DNA of 64,000 nucleotides from Macrostomum lignano (taxonomy: Eukaryota), in assembly GCA_002269645.1 (NCBI GenBank), contig NIVC01000061.1, positions 558,001 to 622,000 of the forward strand, read 5' to 3'. Positions within the stretch are counted from its first letter, which is position 1. Every line of letters starts with the position of its first letter. Of the stretch, positions 10,125 to 20,830 are shown piece after piece. The translations under genes and the position numbers were made by a program. The notes under the pieces were generated by a model that had not been told where the DNA came from, searched no databases, and saw only the letters and a program-made list of their open reading frames with translations.

Positions 10125-12601
10125 GCATCAATGAAGTGGGATGCATCAAGTTATCAATGAGCTGGGATGCATCAAGTTATCAATGAACTGGGATGCATCA
10201 AGTTATCAATGAGCTGGGATGCATCAAGTTATCAATGAACTGGGATGCATCAAGTTATCAATGAACTGAGATGCATCAAGTTATCAATGAGCTGGGATGC
10301 ATCAAGTTATCAATGAAGAGGGATGCATCAAGTTATCAATGAACTGGGATGCATCAAGTTATCAATGAACTGGGATGCATCAAGTTATCAAGGAACTGAG
10401 ATTTATTAAGTTATCAATGAGCTGGGATGCATCAAGTTATCAATGAACAGGGATGCATCAAGTTATCAATGAGCTGGGATGCATCAAGTTATCAATGAAC
10501 TGGGATTTATCAAGTTATCAAGGAACTGAGATTTATTAAGTTATCAAGGAACTGGGATGCATCAAGTTATCAATGAACTGGGATGCATCAAGTTATCAAT
10601 GAACTGGGATGCATCAAGTTATCAATGAACTGGGATGCATCAAGTTATCAATGAGCTGGGATGCATCAAGTTATCAATGAACTGGGATGCATCAAGTTAT
10701 CAATGAACTGGGATGCATCAAGTTATCAATGAACTGGGATGCATCAAGTTATCAAGGAACTGAGATTTATTAAGTTATCAATGAGCTGGGATGCATCAAG
10801 TTATCAATGAACAGGGATGCATCAAGTTATCAATGAACAGGGATGCATCAAGTTATCAATGAACTGGGATGCATCAAGTTATCAATGAGCTGGGATGCAT
10901 CAAGTTATCAATGAACTGGGATGCATCAAGTTATCAATGAGCTGGGATGCATCAAGTTATCAATGAACTGGGATGCATCAAGTTATCAATGAACTGGGAT
11001 GCATCAAGTTATCAATGAACTGGGATGCATCAAGTTATCAATGAACTGGGATGCATCAAGTTATCAATGAACTGGGATGCATCAAGTTATCAATGAACTG
11101 GGATGCATCAAGTTATCAATGAGCTGGGATTTATCAAGTTATCAAGGAACTGAGATTTATTAAGTTATCAAGGAACTGGGATGCATCAAGTTATCAATGA
11201 ACTGGGATGCATCAAGTTATCAATGAACTGGGATGCATCAAGTTATCAATGAACTGGGATGCATCAAGTTATCAATGAGCTGGGATGCATCAAGTTATCA
11301 ATGAACTGGGATTTATCAAGTTATCAATGAAGTGGGATGCATCAAGTTATCAATGAACTGGGATGCATCAAGTTATCAATGAGCTGGGATGCATCAAGTT
11401 ATCAATGAACTGGGATTTATCAAGTTATCAAGGAACTGAGATTTATTAAGTTATCAAGGAACTGAGATTTATTAAGTTATCAATGAGCTGGGATGCATCA
11501 AGTTATCAATGAGCTGGGATGCATCAAGTTATCAATGAACTGGGATGCATCAAGTTATCAATGAACTGGGATGCATCAAGTTATCAAGGAACTGGGATGC
11601 ATCAAGTTATCAAGGAACTGGGATGCATCAAGTTATCAATGAACTGGGATGCATCAAGTTATCAATGAACTGGGATGCATCAAGTTATCAATGAACTGGG
11701 ATGCATCAAGTTATCAATGAGCTGGGATGCATCAAGTTATCAATGAACTGGGATTTATCAAGTTATCAATGAAGTGGGATGCATCAAGTTATCAATGAAC
11801 TGGGATGCATCAAGTTATCAATGAGCTGGGATGCATCAAGTTATCAATGAACTGGGATTTATCAAGTTATCAAGGAACTGAGATTTATTAAGTTATCAAG
11901 GAACTGAGATTTATTAAGTTATCAAGGAACTGGGATGCATCAAGTTATCAATGAGCTGGGATGCATCAAGTTATCAATGAACTGGGATGCATCAAGTTAT
12001 CAATGAGCTGGGATGCATCAAGTTATCAATGAGCTGGGATTTATCAAGTTATCAAGGAACTGAGATTTATTAAGTTATCAAGGAACTGAGATTTATTAAG
12101 TTATCAATGAGCTGGGATGCATCAAGTTATCAATGAGCTGGGATGCATCAAGTTATCAATGAACTGGGATGCATCAAGTTATCAATGAACTGGGATGCAT
12201 CAAGTTATCAAGGAACTGGGATGCATCAAGTTATCAACGAACTGGGATGCATCAAGTTATCAATGAGCTGGGATGCATCAAGTTATCAATGAAGTGGGAT
12301 GCATCAAGTTATCAATGAAGTGGGATGCATCAAGTTATCAATGAGCTGGGATGCATCAAGTTATCAATGAAGTGGGATGCATCAAGTTATCAATGAACTG
12401 GGATGCATCAAGTTATCAATGAACTGAGATGCATCAAATTATCAATGAAGTGAGATGCATCAAGTTATCAATGAGCTGGGATGCATCAAGTTATCAATGA
12501 GCTGGGATGCATCAAGTTATCAATGAGCTGGGATGCATCAAGTTATCAATGAGCTGGGATGCATCAAGTTATCAATGAGCTGGGATGCATCAAGTTATCA
12601 A
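10125..12601. repeat. 26-bp satellite (gaactgggatgcatcaagttatcaat), ~95 copies
   Basis: Period 26 at 10141/10167; homogeneous, no spacers. Confidence 0.97.
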
Positions 12602-13599
12602 ATAACAACATGCTGTGCACAGAAGTTTTAATAAATACAGCAAAAGTAAACAATGAGAACAATATACGACAGAATGAGGACCGGGATGACCAGTGAATTT
12701 CCGCTCAATGCCATTCGAATATTAATATAATTAATAAACCATTGAAGCAGGAGAGCAGAGTGGCATAGAAGGCTGCAGGTGAAACTGTGGATATTCTACT
12801 ATACACTAAGAAACAATCCACTCTAAAAAAAGCCTCGTAACAAGTTCATAGATTCGATTCAGTTGTCGGCATGTGAGCAATGAGAAAGTGAAGCTCACAT
12901 ACAATTATTCACAGAAATAATGCAAGTCGTGCGTGCGCAGATAATGTAAACAAATTAAAAGCTAATACATGGTTAGCAGCAGAGCGCGGTGCCTTTAAAG
13001 AGTAAATTAATATTCCTTAGTCACTGCAGTGTTTAAACTGGAGTGAAAATCATTTCACAATAGGCATAGCGAAACAAATGAGCACTTGCAGACTGTACAA
13101 ATTGCTAATACATAACCTCATTCTACTGAGATATTAGCACTATTAAGTAGTGTCTAACGCAAGTTTTAGTTCAATAGGCTTCATTGCTCATTAGCACCTT
13201 TGCACAGATAAATTTGATTAAAAAGCATTTTTAAAGGGATGCCCACTTTGAGAGTGACTGAGGCCGAGGCCAGACTAGAAACACGGGGAAAAGAAATGTT
13301 TACCGTAGAACTGCAATGAAGGTAAACAAGCTGCGCCCACAAAATACATTGCATTGTTTTAGACAACGGCAACTCTTCAAAACTAAACTACGGTTTCTTA
13401 GAAACTATTTGAAGGCCGAGTTCTAAGCAAGGAACTTTGCACTTTAGATCAAAGGCACTAATATCATTGTTAACATCTCCGCAGTGCCAACTTTGCGTTA
13501 AAGCCAACCAGCCGGCCTTCAAATAGTTTCTAAGAAATGAATTGCGTCAAAGTCGCCGTCAAGTCTCGCATGAGCATCTTGAATGCTACGAGACTGAAC

Positions 13600-15260
13600 T
13601 CAGAAGCAGGACTCAATACCGACAGGCCAGCCGTGGCGGTTGAGCAGCAGCAGGTAGGGCTGGCAGTTGACAAAGTGCACATTCTGGCCGACAGTTCGCA
13701 GCACAAACGAGTGAAAGACACCGCCATGGCCGACCCAAAGCACCCGGCGGCCGGCCAGCACCTGCGGCGCGATGGCCTTGGCAAAGTAGCCGCGCACCCG
13801 GTCGAAGGCCTCCAGGCAGGTCTCGGACTCGGGCAGCAGGTCCCGCGGCACGCCGTCATATTTGGCCTCGTGGCCCGGCCACAGGGGGTCGCTGCGGGCC
13901 AGCGGCGGCGGCCGGTCGTTCCAGGCCGACAGGACGCCGCGGCGGTTGGCCTGGCCGACCAGGGTGCCGTACATCTGCTCGTTGAGCTGCCAGGAGGTCT
14001 GAATTGGGCACACTGGGCTCTGCGGTGCGCAGCGGGGCGGTTCGCGGTTTAACGAATTAATTCGCATGATATGACAGCACTCTCATCACTCACCCTGCCA
14101 ATCTCATCACTCACCCTGCCAATCTCATCACTCACCCTGCCAATCTCATCACTCACCCTGCCAATCTCATCACTCACCCTGCCAATCTCATCACTCACCC
14201 TGCCAATCTCATCACTCACCCTGCCAGTCCAATTTCACTCATCCCAGCCATCAGCCAGTCCAAATCTCACCAATCCCAGCCAGTCCAATCTCATTCATCC
14301 CACCCAGCCAGTCCAAATCTCACCCATCCCAGCCAGTCCAATCTCACCCATCCCATCCAGTCCAATCTCACCCATCCCAGCCAGTCCAATCTCACCAATC
14401 CCAGCCAGTCCAATCTCATTCATCCCAGCCAGTCCAATCTCACCAATCCCAGCCAGTCCAATCTCACCAATCCCAGTCAGTCCAATCTCACCAATCCCAG
14501 CAAGTCCAATCTCACCAATCCCAGCCAGTCCAATCTCATTCATCCCAGCCAGTCCAATTTCATTCATCCCACCCAGCCAGTCCAAATCTCACCCATCATA
14601 GCCAGTCCAATCTCACCAATCCCAGCCAGTCCAATCTCACCCATCCCATTCCCAGCCAGTCCAATCTCACCCATCCCATTCCCAGCCAGTCCAATCTCAC
14701 CCATCCCATTCCCAGCCAGTCCAATTTCATTCATCCCACCCAGCCAGTCCAAATCTCACCCATCATAGCCAGTCCAATCTCACCAATCCCAGCCAGTCCA
14801 ATCTCACCCATCCCATTCCCAGCCAGTCCAATCTCACCAATCCCAGCCAGTCCAATCTCACCAATCCCAGTCAGTCCAATCTCACCTCCCGGCCCTCAAA
14901 GCCGGCAGTGGCGGCAGGGCTCAGCTGGCAGCAGATGATCTGACAGGTCCTCCTGGCCCGCTGCAGGACGCTGCAGAAGGCCAGCTCAGGCGACCAGTTG
15001 GCCTCGCGCAGTTGCCTAGCAACGCAGAGTGCCTGCGCCTCGCCCTGGCTGGTCAACGCTGAGTCCTGCCAGCCGCTCAGCTCCCTGTTGGCGTTGGCAA
15101 CTGACTCCCCGTGCCGCACCAGCACCAGCTGACCGGCGGCTAGCGGCGTCCCAGCCGCGGCTGGTTGGCATGGCAACAAGGCCGGCTGGATCGGTTCATT
15201 CGTGCCCTGCGGCTGCGGCGGCGACTGCTGCCCGTCTCGCGGCTCTTTTTCGCTTGCCAT
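13600..15260 (-). CDS. Histidine phosphatase superfamily, dPGM/phosphoglycerate mutase-like protein
   Basis: Exons 15260-14886 and ~14019-13600 (phase 0; alternative acceptor 13998). Motifs LVLVRHGES, SGWQDSALT, LQRA, SWQLNEQMYG, PESETC, VLWVGHGG. Confidence 0.88.
14085..14885. repeat. Two adjoining minisatellites (21-bp ctcatcactcaccctgccaat; ~24-bp cccagccagtccaatctcaccaat) filling the PGAM-like intron
   Basis: Direct; explains ORFs 14071..14601, 14295..14585, 14564..14752. Confidence 0.92.
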
Positions 15261-15409
15261 CTGGACGGGATGGCTGAAGGACAAACAGACAGCAGAGGGA
15301 CGGATGAACACGAGCTGATGACTGTCGGATTGGGGAGGATTTTAGGATATAGGAGATGAGAAAAGATTAATAGAGATTCAAAATGGGATAATAATAAGAC
15401 AATAAAAAT

Positions 15410-15720
15410 GAGATGAGATGTGACAAGACAAGATGAAATGAGACTAGAGGATATGAGACGAGATAAAATAAGATTTGATGAGATAAGACGAGATGAAATG
15501 AGATTACATGAGATGAGACGAGATGAAATAAGATTAGATGAGATAAGACGAGATGAAATGAGATTAGATGAGATAAGACGAGATTACATGAGATTACATG
15601 AGATGAGACGAGATTACATGAGATTACATGAGATGAGACGAGATTACATGAGATTACATGAGATGAGACGAGATTACATGAGATTACATGAGATAAGACA
15701 GTATGAAATGAGACAAAATG
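15410..15720. repeat. (GAGAT)n-derived pentamer array
   Basis: Direct. Confidence 0.9.
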
Positions 15721-16089
15721 AGTTAACTGTAGAAAAACATAATACAAATTAAGTTTAAAGGCAACACGAAAGCCGATTAAAAAATTGATATCCCTCATTT
15801 ACAAGCGGGAAAAACATGTATAATTGTATTACTTTAGAATCAGACAATAGGACTGATACAATATTCAATATAGCTAAGAGTACTTCAAGTAATTGAAACT
15901 GGTGATAGATTAGCATCGGGACTGAGAAGTAGGTCTAGAAATCCGGGATACTGACAATGAGTGACAATCCGTTGACAGCTAGCTAGCTCATGTCGCTCCA
16001 CTATGCGGGCCTGTATAGGATGGTAATGAACAGAGGAGAAAGGTGAGGAAAATAGGAAGCAGAGGGTGACAGATGACTGCAGGAGGGGA

Positions 16090-16420
16090 AGGGCAAAAGG
16101 GTAGGAGAGGAGGGTAGGAGGGGTAGGAGAGGAGGGTAGGAGGGGTAGGAGAAGAGGGTAGGAGGGGTAGGAGGAGGGTTGGAGGGGTAGGAGAAGAGGG
16201 TAGGAGGGGTAGGAGGAGGGTAGGAGGGGTAGGAGAAGAGGGTAGGAGGGGTAGGAGGAGGAGGGGTAGGAGGGGTAGGAGGGGTAGGAGAAGAGGGTAG
16301 GAGGGGTAGGAGAAGAGGGCAGGAGGGTAGGAGGGAAGGGTAGGAGGGTAGGAGGGAAGGGTAGGAGGGTAGGAGGGAAGGGTAGGAGGGTAGGAGGGAA
16401 GGGTAGGAGGGTAGGAGAGG
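16090..16420. repeat. G-rich (ggaggggtagga)-type array
   Basis: Direct. Confidence 0.9.
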
Positions 16421-16466
16421 TCAGGGAGAGGACAGAATCAGACGAGGGAAAGAGCGCAACAAAGAC

Positions 16467-17045
16467 TCAGTGGTTCTCCACAAAGCCGATGGTGGCGCTG
16501 AGTTTCTGAATAGCTTCAAAGGTGTCCATCAGCGGGGCATCGGCGGCGGTGGCGGCGGGCTCAGGCGGGGCCAGGAAGCCGCTGTCGCCCTGGTCGGGGC
16601 CGACTCGCCAGTTGGGCAGGGCTTCGGCGACGCCGCTGGGCGACACGCCGACCTCCTTGGCGAGGCGGGCGCGGCCGATGCAGGAGTAGGCGGCGGCCAG
16701 GGCGGCGGCGCGATCCCGCCGGGTCTTCGTCACCAGCCTTGCCAGCAGGTCGGCCAGATCCGGTGGCATCGGCGCCGCTGTCGAGGCAGCCGCGTCCGCC
16801 GCAGCTGTGTAGAATGTTGAATAGTCGCGCGAGAACAGCGCGGCGCCGCAGCGCCAGATATTAGCCAGAGGCTGGCTGGCGCCGGAGCGCAGCGCCTGAG
16901 GAGTCCGGCGCCATAACAGGCGCGCATTGCACAGGTCGCCGCTAAGCAGGTAGAGCAGCAGCAGGCGGCCTGCTTGCTGATTGTCTAGCGGCGGGCTGGC
17001 GAGCTCCTGGCGCTCCAGGGCTGCGATTTGGGAAGCCTCCGATTC
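16467..17045 (-). CDS. COPS8: COP9 signalosome subunit 8; start codon not present in this exon
   Basis: LERQEL..LLLLYLLSGDLCNARLLWRRTPQAL..IWRCG..RDY..AYSCI..IGFVENH matches recalled human CSN8 ([44 protein letters not shown]). Acceptor atatttccag|GAA at 17045. Confidence 0.9.
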   Translation of the reverse strand, partial: ESEASQIAALERQELASPPLDNQQAGRLLLLYLLSGDLCNARLLWRRTPQALRSGASQPLANIWRCGAALFSRDYSTFYTAAADAAASTAAPMPPDLADLLARLVTKTRRDRAAALAAAYSCIGRARLAKEVGVSPSGVAEALPNWRVGPDQGDSGFLAPPEPAATAADAPLMDTFEAIQKLSATIGFVENH

Positions 17046-17885
17046 CTGGAAATATGCGGGGATGAAGTGGCTGCAGACTCCTACTGATTTATTACAAGGA
17101 TGAACCAAAAGTTCGTGCACTTTTTACGATCAGTTTTTTTTTTGTGGAGGGGGCTTGCCGTCTCGCATGCACAACATGCTGCACATGAGCAAGTCAAGGA
17201 CCACTTTAGTATAACACTAGGACCAGTCTGAATACCAGTCTGAAGCAGCCTGGGAAACGAATGCATAGAATACACGAGCAGACCAGTTCAGCTTGGAATG
17301 AAATCATAGCGAGACAAGTTTTGTCTCTTATATACATGTTTTACAGTGTATATTTAAAACTTGCAGCACTGTCAAATGGCACATCAAGTCCCTTTTAGAC
17401 GCAATTTCGTGAAAAGCTTACATTAAGAAAATAGATCAAATACTGTCGTGGTTAGGCGGCATAAGAAACCAGGAATGAAATTATTCAACGACAGACAGGG
17501 GAGACGATTATTACACAAAAACATCTAAAACTAAGTTAGATACGCATCTACAAAAACTTTTATCAAACTCTGCAACGATAAATAAGCAATATATTATATT
17601 AGCTTATCAAGAGGTCCGACTGGCGTTCATCAGAGATTTGAAAGGGCAATAACGTTAGGCACATGCTGTAATGTTGAGTAAATCTAACACGCAATGAGAG
17701 GCGACTTCCATGACAGATGATAGATTGATGCGATAGTCAACTTTTAGAATTGAACAACAAAAAACTGCTCAAAGCCTGCTCACTCCAACATGCTCAAGAG
17801 AGACGCTATTAATCCTGCGTTTTGTCTTCTTCAAGTTTGCATATCGAGCCAGTCTTCTTCAAGTCAAGGACATGTCGCTAAGGAG

Positions 17886-18815
17886 TCACTGGCAGGCGAT
17901 GCCCAGACCCATCCTAAAGGTTGACCGCACAACATCGCGTCGGATTCGCACCAGCCGATCCAGCAGGCAGCTGGGTGGCAGCGACTGGCGTTCAGGTCGG
18001 CGAGGTCGCCAGATCGGACGCTGCCAGTACCACTCCCTACGCTGCAGTTCCTGCTGCAGCCTCTTCTGCTGCTCCCGTTGCTGCTGCTGCTGCTGCTCCT
18101 GAAGCTCTTCAACACTGCGTCGAAGCTCCACGCTGTCCGCCAGCAAGCGACGCGCTTCGATGCCTCGACTGCCGAATCGTTCGGCCGCTTCCAGAACTCG
18201 CTGGGCCGCGTTGACTCTGTCGCGGAGGGCGCGAATTCTGGTCCAAGACAAGTCCGTATTGCCCGACACCGGGTCGGAGCGGGCTGAGTGAACAGATCTT
18301 GACGACTGCGGAATCGGAGCTCTAGCCGATATCAGCGGACGCGATCGCATCCAGCGACGACACTGCCATCGAGGACTGCACGGTAGCGACCAGCAGTGGC
18401 CCTCGGAAGTGCTTTTTCCGGTTTCATCCATGGCCAGCGCCATCGCTGTGCGCAGCTTCCTGGCTAGCCAGGCGGGCAGGGCCGGTCGGAGCCCGCCTGC
18501 CGTGCTGGCCCAACTGCGGCCAGTGCTGACCAGAGGCTCCAGAGCGTCTGCACCAACTGGCGGCTCGTCTGAGCCAAGCAGCAGCGACGGCACAAAGTCT
18601 GGCTTCTGTGGAAGCTGCGGCGGATTAGAATCTAGCACTTCATCAATATTAGTCTCCTGCGCTTGAGTCGAGTCCGGCTCCGACTGTTCGTTAAGCGAAA
18701 CGCATTGCTCGAGACTATCTGCCAGCGACTTCTCAGCCACCGTGTCCGCCTTCTCGACTTGTTCAGCTTCATCAACTGAGGCTGGATTTGACTCCGGAAG
18801 CGATTGAATCTCCAT
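17886..18815 (-). CDS. Orphan single-exon protein (~309 aa): acidic disordered N-terminus, C-terminal coiled coil with poly-Gln
   Basis: Long non-repetitive ORF with ATG at 18815 and an AG acceptor 9 nt upstream; no family recognised. Confidence 0.6.
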   Translation of the reverse strand: MEIQSLPESNPASVDEAEQVEKADTVAEKSLADSLEQCVSLNEQSEPDSTQAQETNIDEVLDSNPPQLPQKPDFVPSLLLGSDEPPVGADALEPLVSTGRSWASTAGGLRPALPAWLARKLRTAMALAMDETGKSTSEGHCWSLPCSPRWQCRRWMRSRPLISARAPIPQSSRSVHSARSDPVSGNTDLSWTRIRALRDRVNAAQRVLEAAERFGSRGIEARRLLADSVELRRSVEELQEQQQQQQREQQKRLQQELQRREWYWQRPIWRPRRPERQSLPPSCLLDRLVRIRRDVVRSTFRMGLGIACQ

Positions 18816-18855
18816 GCGCTTCGACTGCGCGAACAAATTACTATTTCGAGGACGA

Positions 18856-19507
18856 ATGCTTGCCGCTCGCTCTCTGGCTAGCTGGGTTGCCAGCTCAAAT
18901 AAAGATCTCGGGTGAGAGCTATGAAGAGAGAGCAGAGCAGCTCAAAGACAACACAAATTTTATAAGCCCCCCCCCACCCGAGAACTTAAAGAAAAATAAG
19001 CGAGCGACGACCTTCGTTAGCGCACTAAGAATGGTACAGCAGCGCAGTAAGCGGGGCGGGGCGGGTCACACGCCACTCAAAGTAGAAACTGTTGCTGCGC
19101 TAAGCACCCACAACCCCCCTCCCCCAGTGCTCAGCAACTCTATGCGTCCAACTTGAGTTCCTTACCAGCGTAAGTTCGACGCCGCGCTCTGCTAGTACTT
19201 AAATGGCCCGTGCTGAAACAAAGCTTCTATTTGGCAACCCCCGCTGTCAACCAGTATAATAGAAATTAATGGATAGTCCAAAACTCTTCCATTAGATTAA
19301 CAATGCCGAATGCGTGCCAAAATGCCAAATAAAATATTTTTCCAAAGAAAGATGACGCCGGTCCAAGCTATAGAGTTTCAAGTGGAGCACTGCTGGATCC
19401 AGGGGCCTTTTGTCCTTCATCCCATTCTAATTCGGGATCATGTGACAGGCCTGTTTTTTATTAGCAATGAAAATAGAAGAGAGCAGCATTGGCAACAGCA
19501 ACAATAG
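18856..19507 (+). CDS. Putative small spliced gene (~90 aa) with a presequence-like N-terminus
   Basis: Candidate exons 18856-18911 (GG|gtgaga), 19128-19169 (cccccag|..GC|gtaagt), 19348-19507; frame stays open. No homology recognised. Confidence 0.3.
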
Positions 19508-20204
19508 CGTGACCCCAGCAGGGGTCTGACCTGCTGTGTAGAATTAGTCTCTCATTCTCTCGCGGGGCTATTTGCCAGGCTTTAATTTAATTATTATTAG
19601 TGCCCAGCGAGACATCATTAAGATGCCAATTATCTGTGTCGATAGAAAACGCGCCGCCTTCCCAGCTATTCAGCAATGTTTACATTGGAGACGAGACGAA
19701 ACAGTCACAGAAAAAGCAATTGGCAACGCTACACTCACTCGCAGTAAAATGCTGGCCCCAATGAAAACCGATTTTTTGTCAAGTTCCCACATGCCACCAC
19801 CATCCAAGTAAGGCTAAGGCCTGTCTCATTTTATCAGCCTAGTTTGGCACCCGTGTTGCACTGGAACTAATAGAGCGCAGAGCTGTACTTGGGAGAGGCA
19901 TTCAGACAACAGGCATTTTCTCTCGATTCCAAGGCTCTTTCATCGCCGCATTCCCACGATTATAATAAATACTTCTGCAAGCAGTCCTAACATTACCAAA
20001 AAAGAAATAGAACTCTTTTAGGACAGTTATTTTATTATAGACCACCTAATTATGCACATATGTAACGCAATAACATAAAAAACTGTAAAACTTTGTTGAA
20101 ACAACCGTGCCTTTCTAGAAGACCATATTAGATATCAACTCATTAAATACTTCTGACACTCGAATGCCATCGGCAGTTAATTAATTTGAATGACACTAGC
20201 AGGT

Positions 20205-20830
20205 AGCAGTCAAATGTCACTGGCAGTCAAATGTCACAAACAGTCAAATGTCACTGATAGTCAAATGACACTGGCAGTCAAATGTCACTGGCAGTCAAAT
20301 GACACTGGCAGTCAAATGACACTGGCAGTCAAATGTCACTGACAGTCAAATGTCAAAAACAGTCAAATGTCACTGATAGTCAAATGTCAGCTGACAGTCA
20401 AATGACACTGGCAGTCAAATGTCACTGGCAGTCAAATGACACTGGCAGTCAAATGACACTGGCAGTCAAATGTCACTGACAGTCAAATGTCAAAAACAGT
20501 CAAATGTCACTGATAGTCAAATGTCAGCTGACAGTCAAATGACACTGGCAGTCAAATGTCACTGGCAGTCAAATGACACTGGCAGTCAAATGACAATGGC
20601 AGTAAAATGTCACTGGCAGTCAAATGACACTGGCAGTCAAGTGTCACTGACAGTCAAATGTCACTGGCAGTCAAATGACACTGGCAGTCAAATGTCACAG
20701 GCAGTCAAATGTCACTGACAGTCAAATGTCACTGACAGTCAAGTGTCACTCAGTCAAATGTCACTGACAGTCAAAAGTCCCTGACAGCAAATATCACTGA
20801 CAATAAAATGTCACTGCTAGTCAAATTTTA
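20205..20830 (+). repeat. 17-bp minisatellite (cagtcaaatgtcactgg)
   Basis: Period 17 at 20207/20224. Confidence 0.92.

Noticed and set aside
10125-12601. Possible CRISPR array (also 52965-53940 and 58715-59720)
   Set aside because: Units are contiguous with no unique spacers, there are no cas genes, and the context is eukaryotic.
19572-19960. Further candidate exons on either strand downstream of the small plus-strand gene
   Set aside because: Several frame and splice combinations are possible, one needs a 30-nt intron, and no protein is recognisable.
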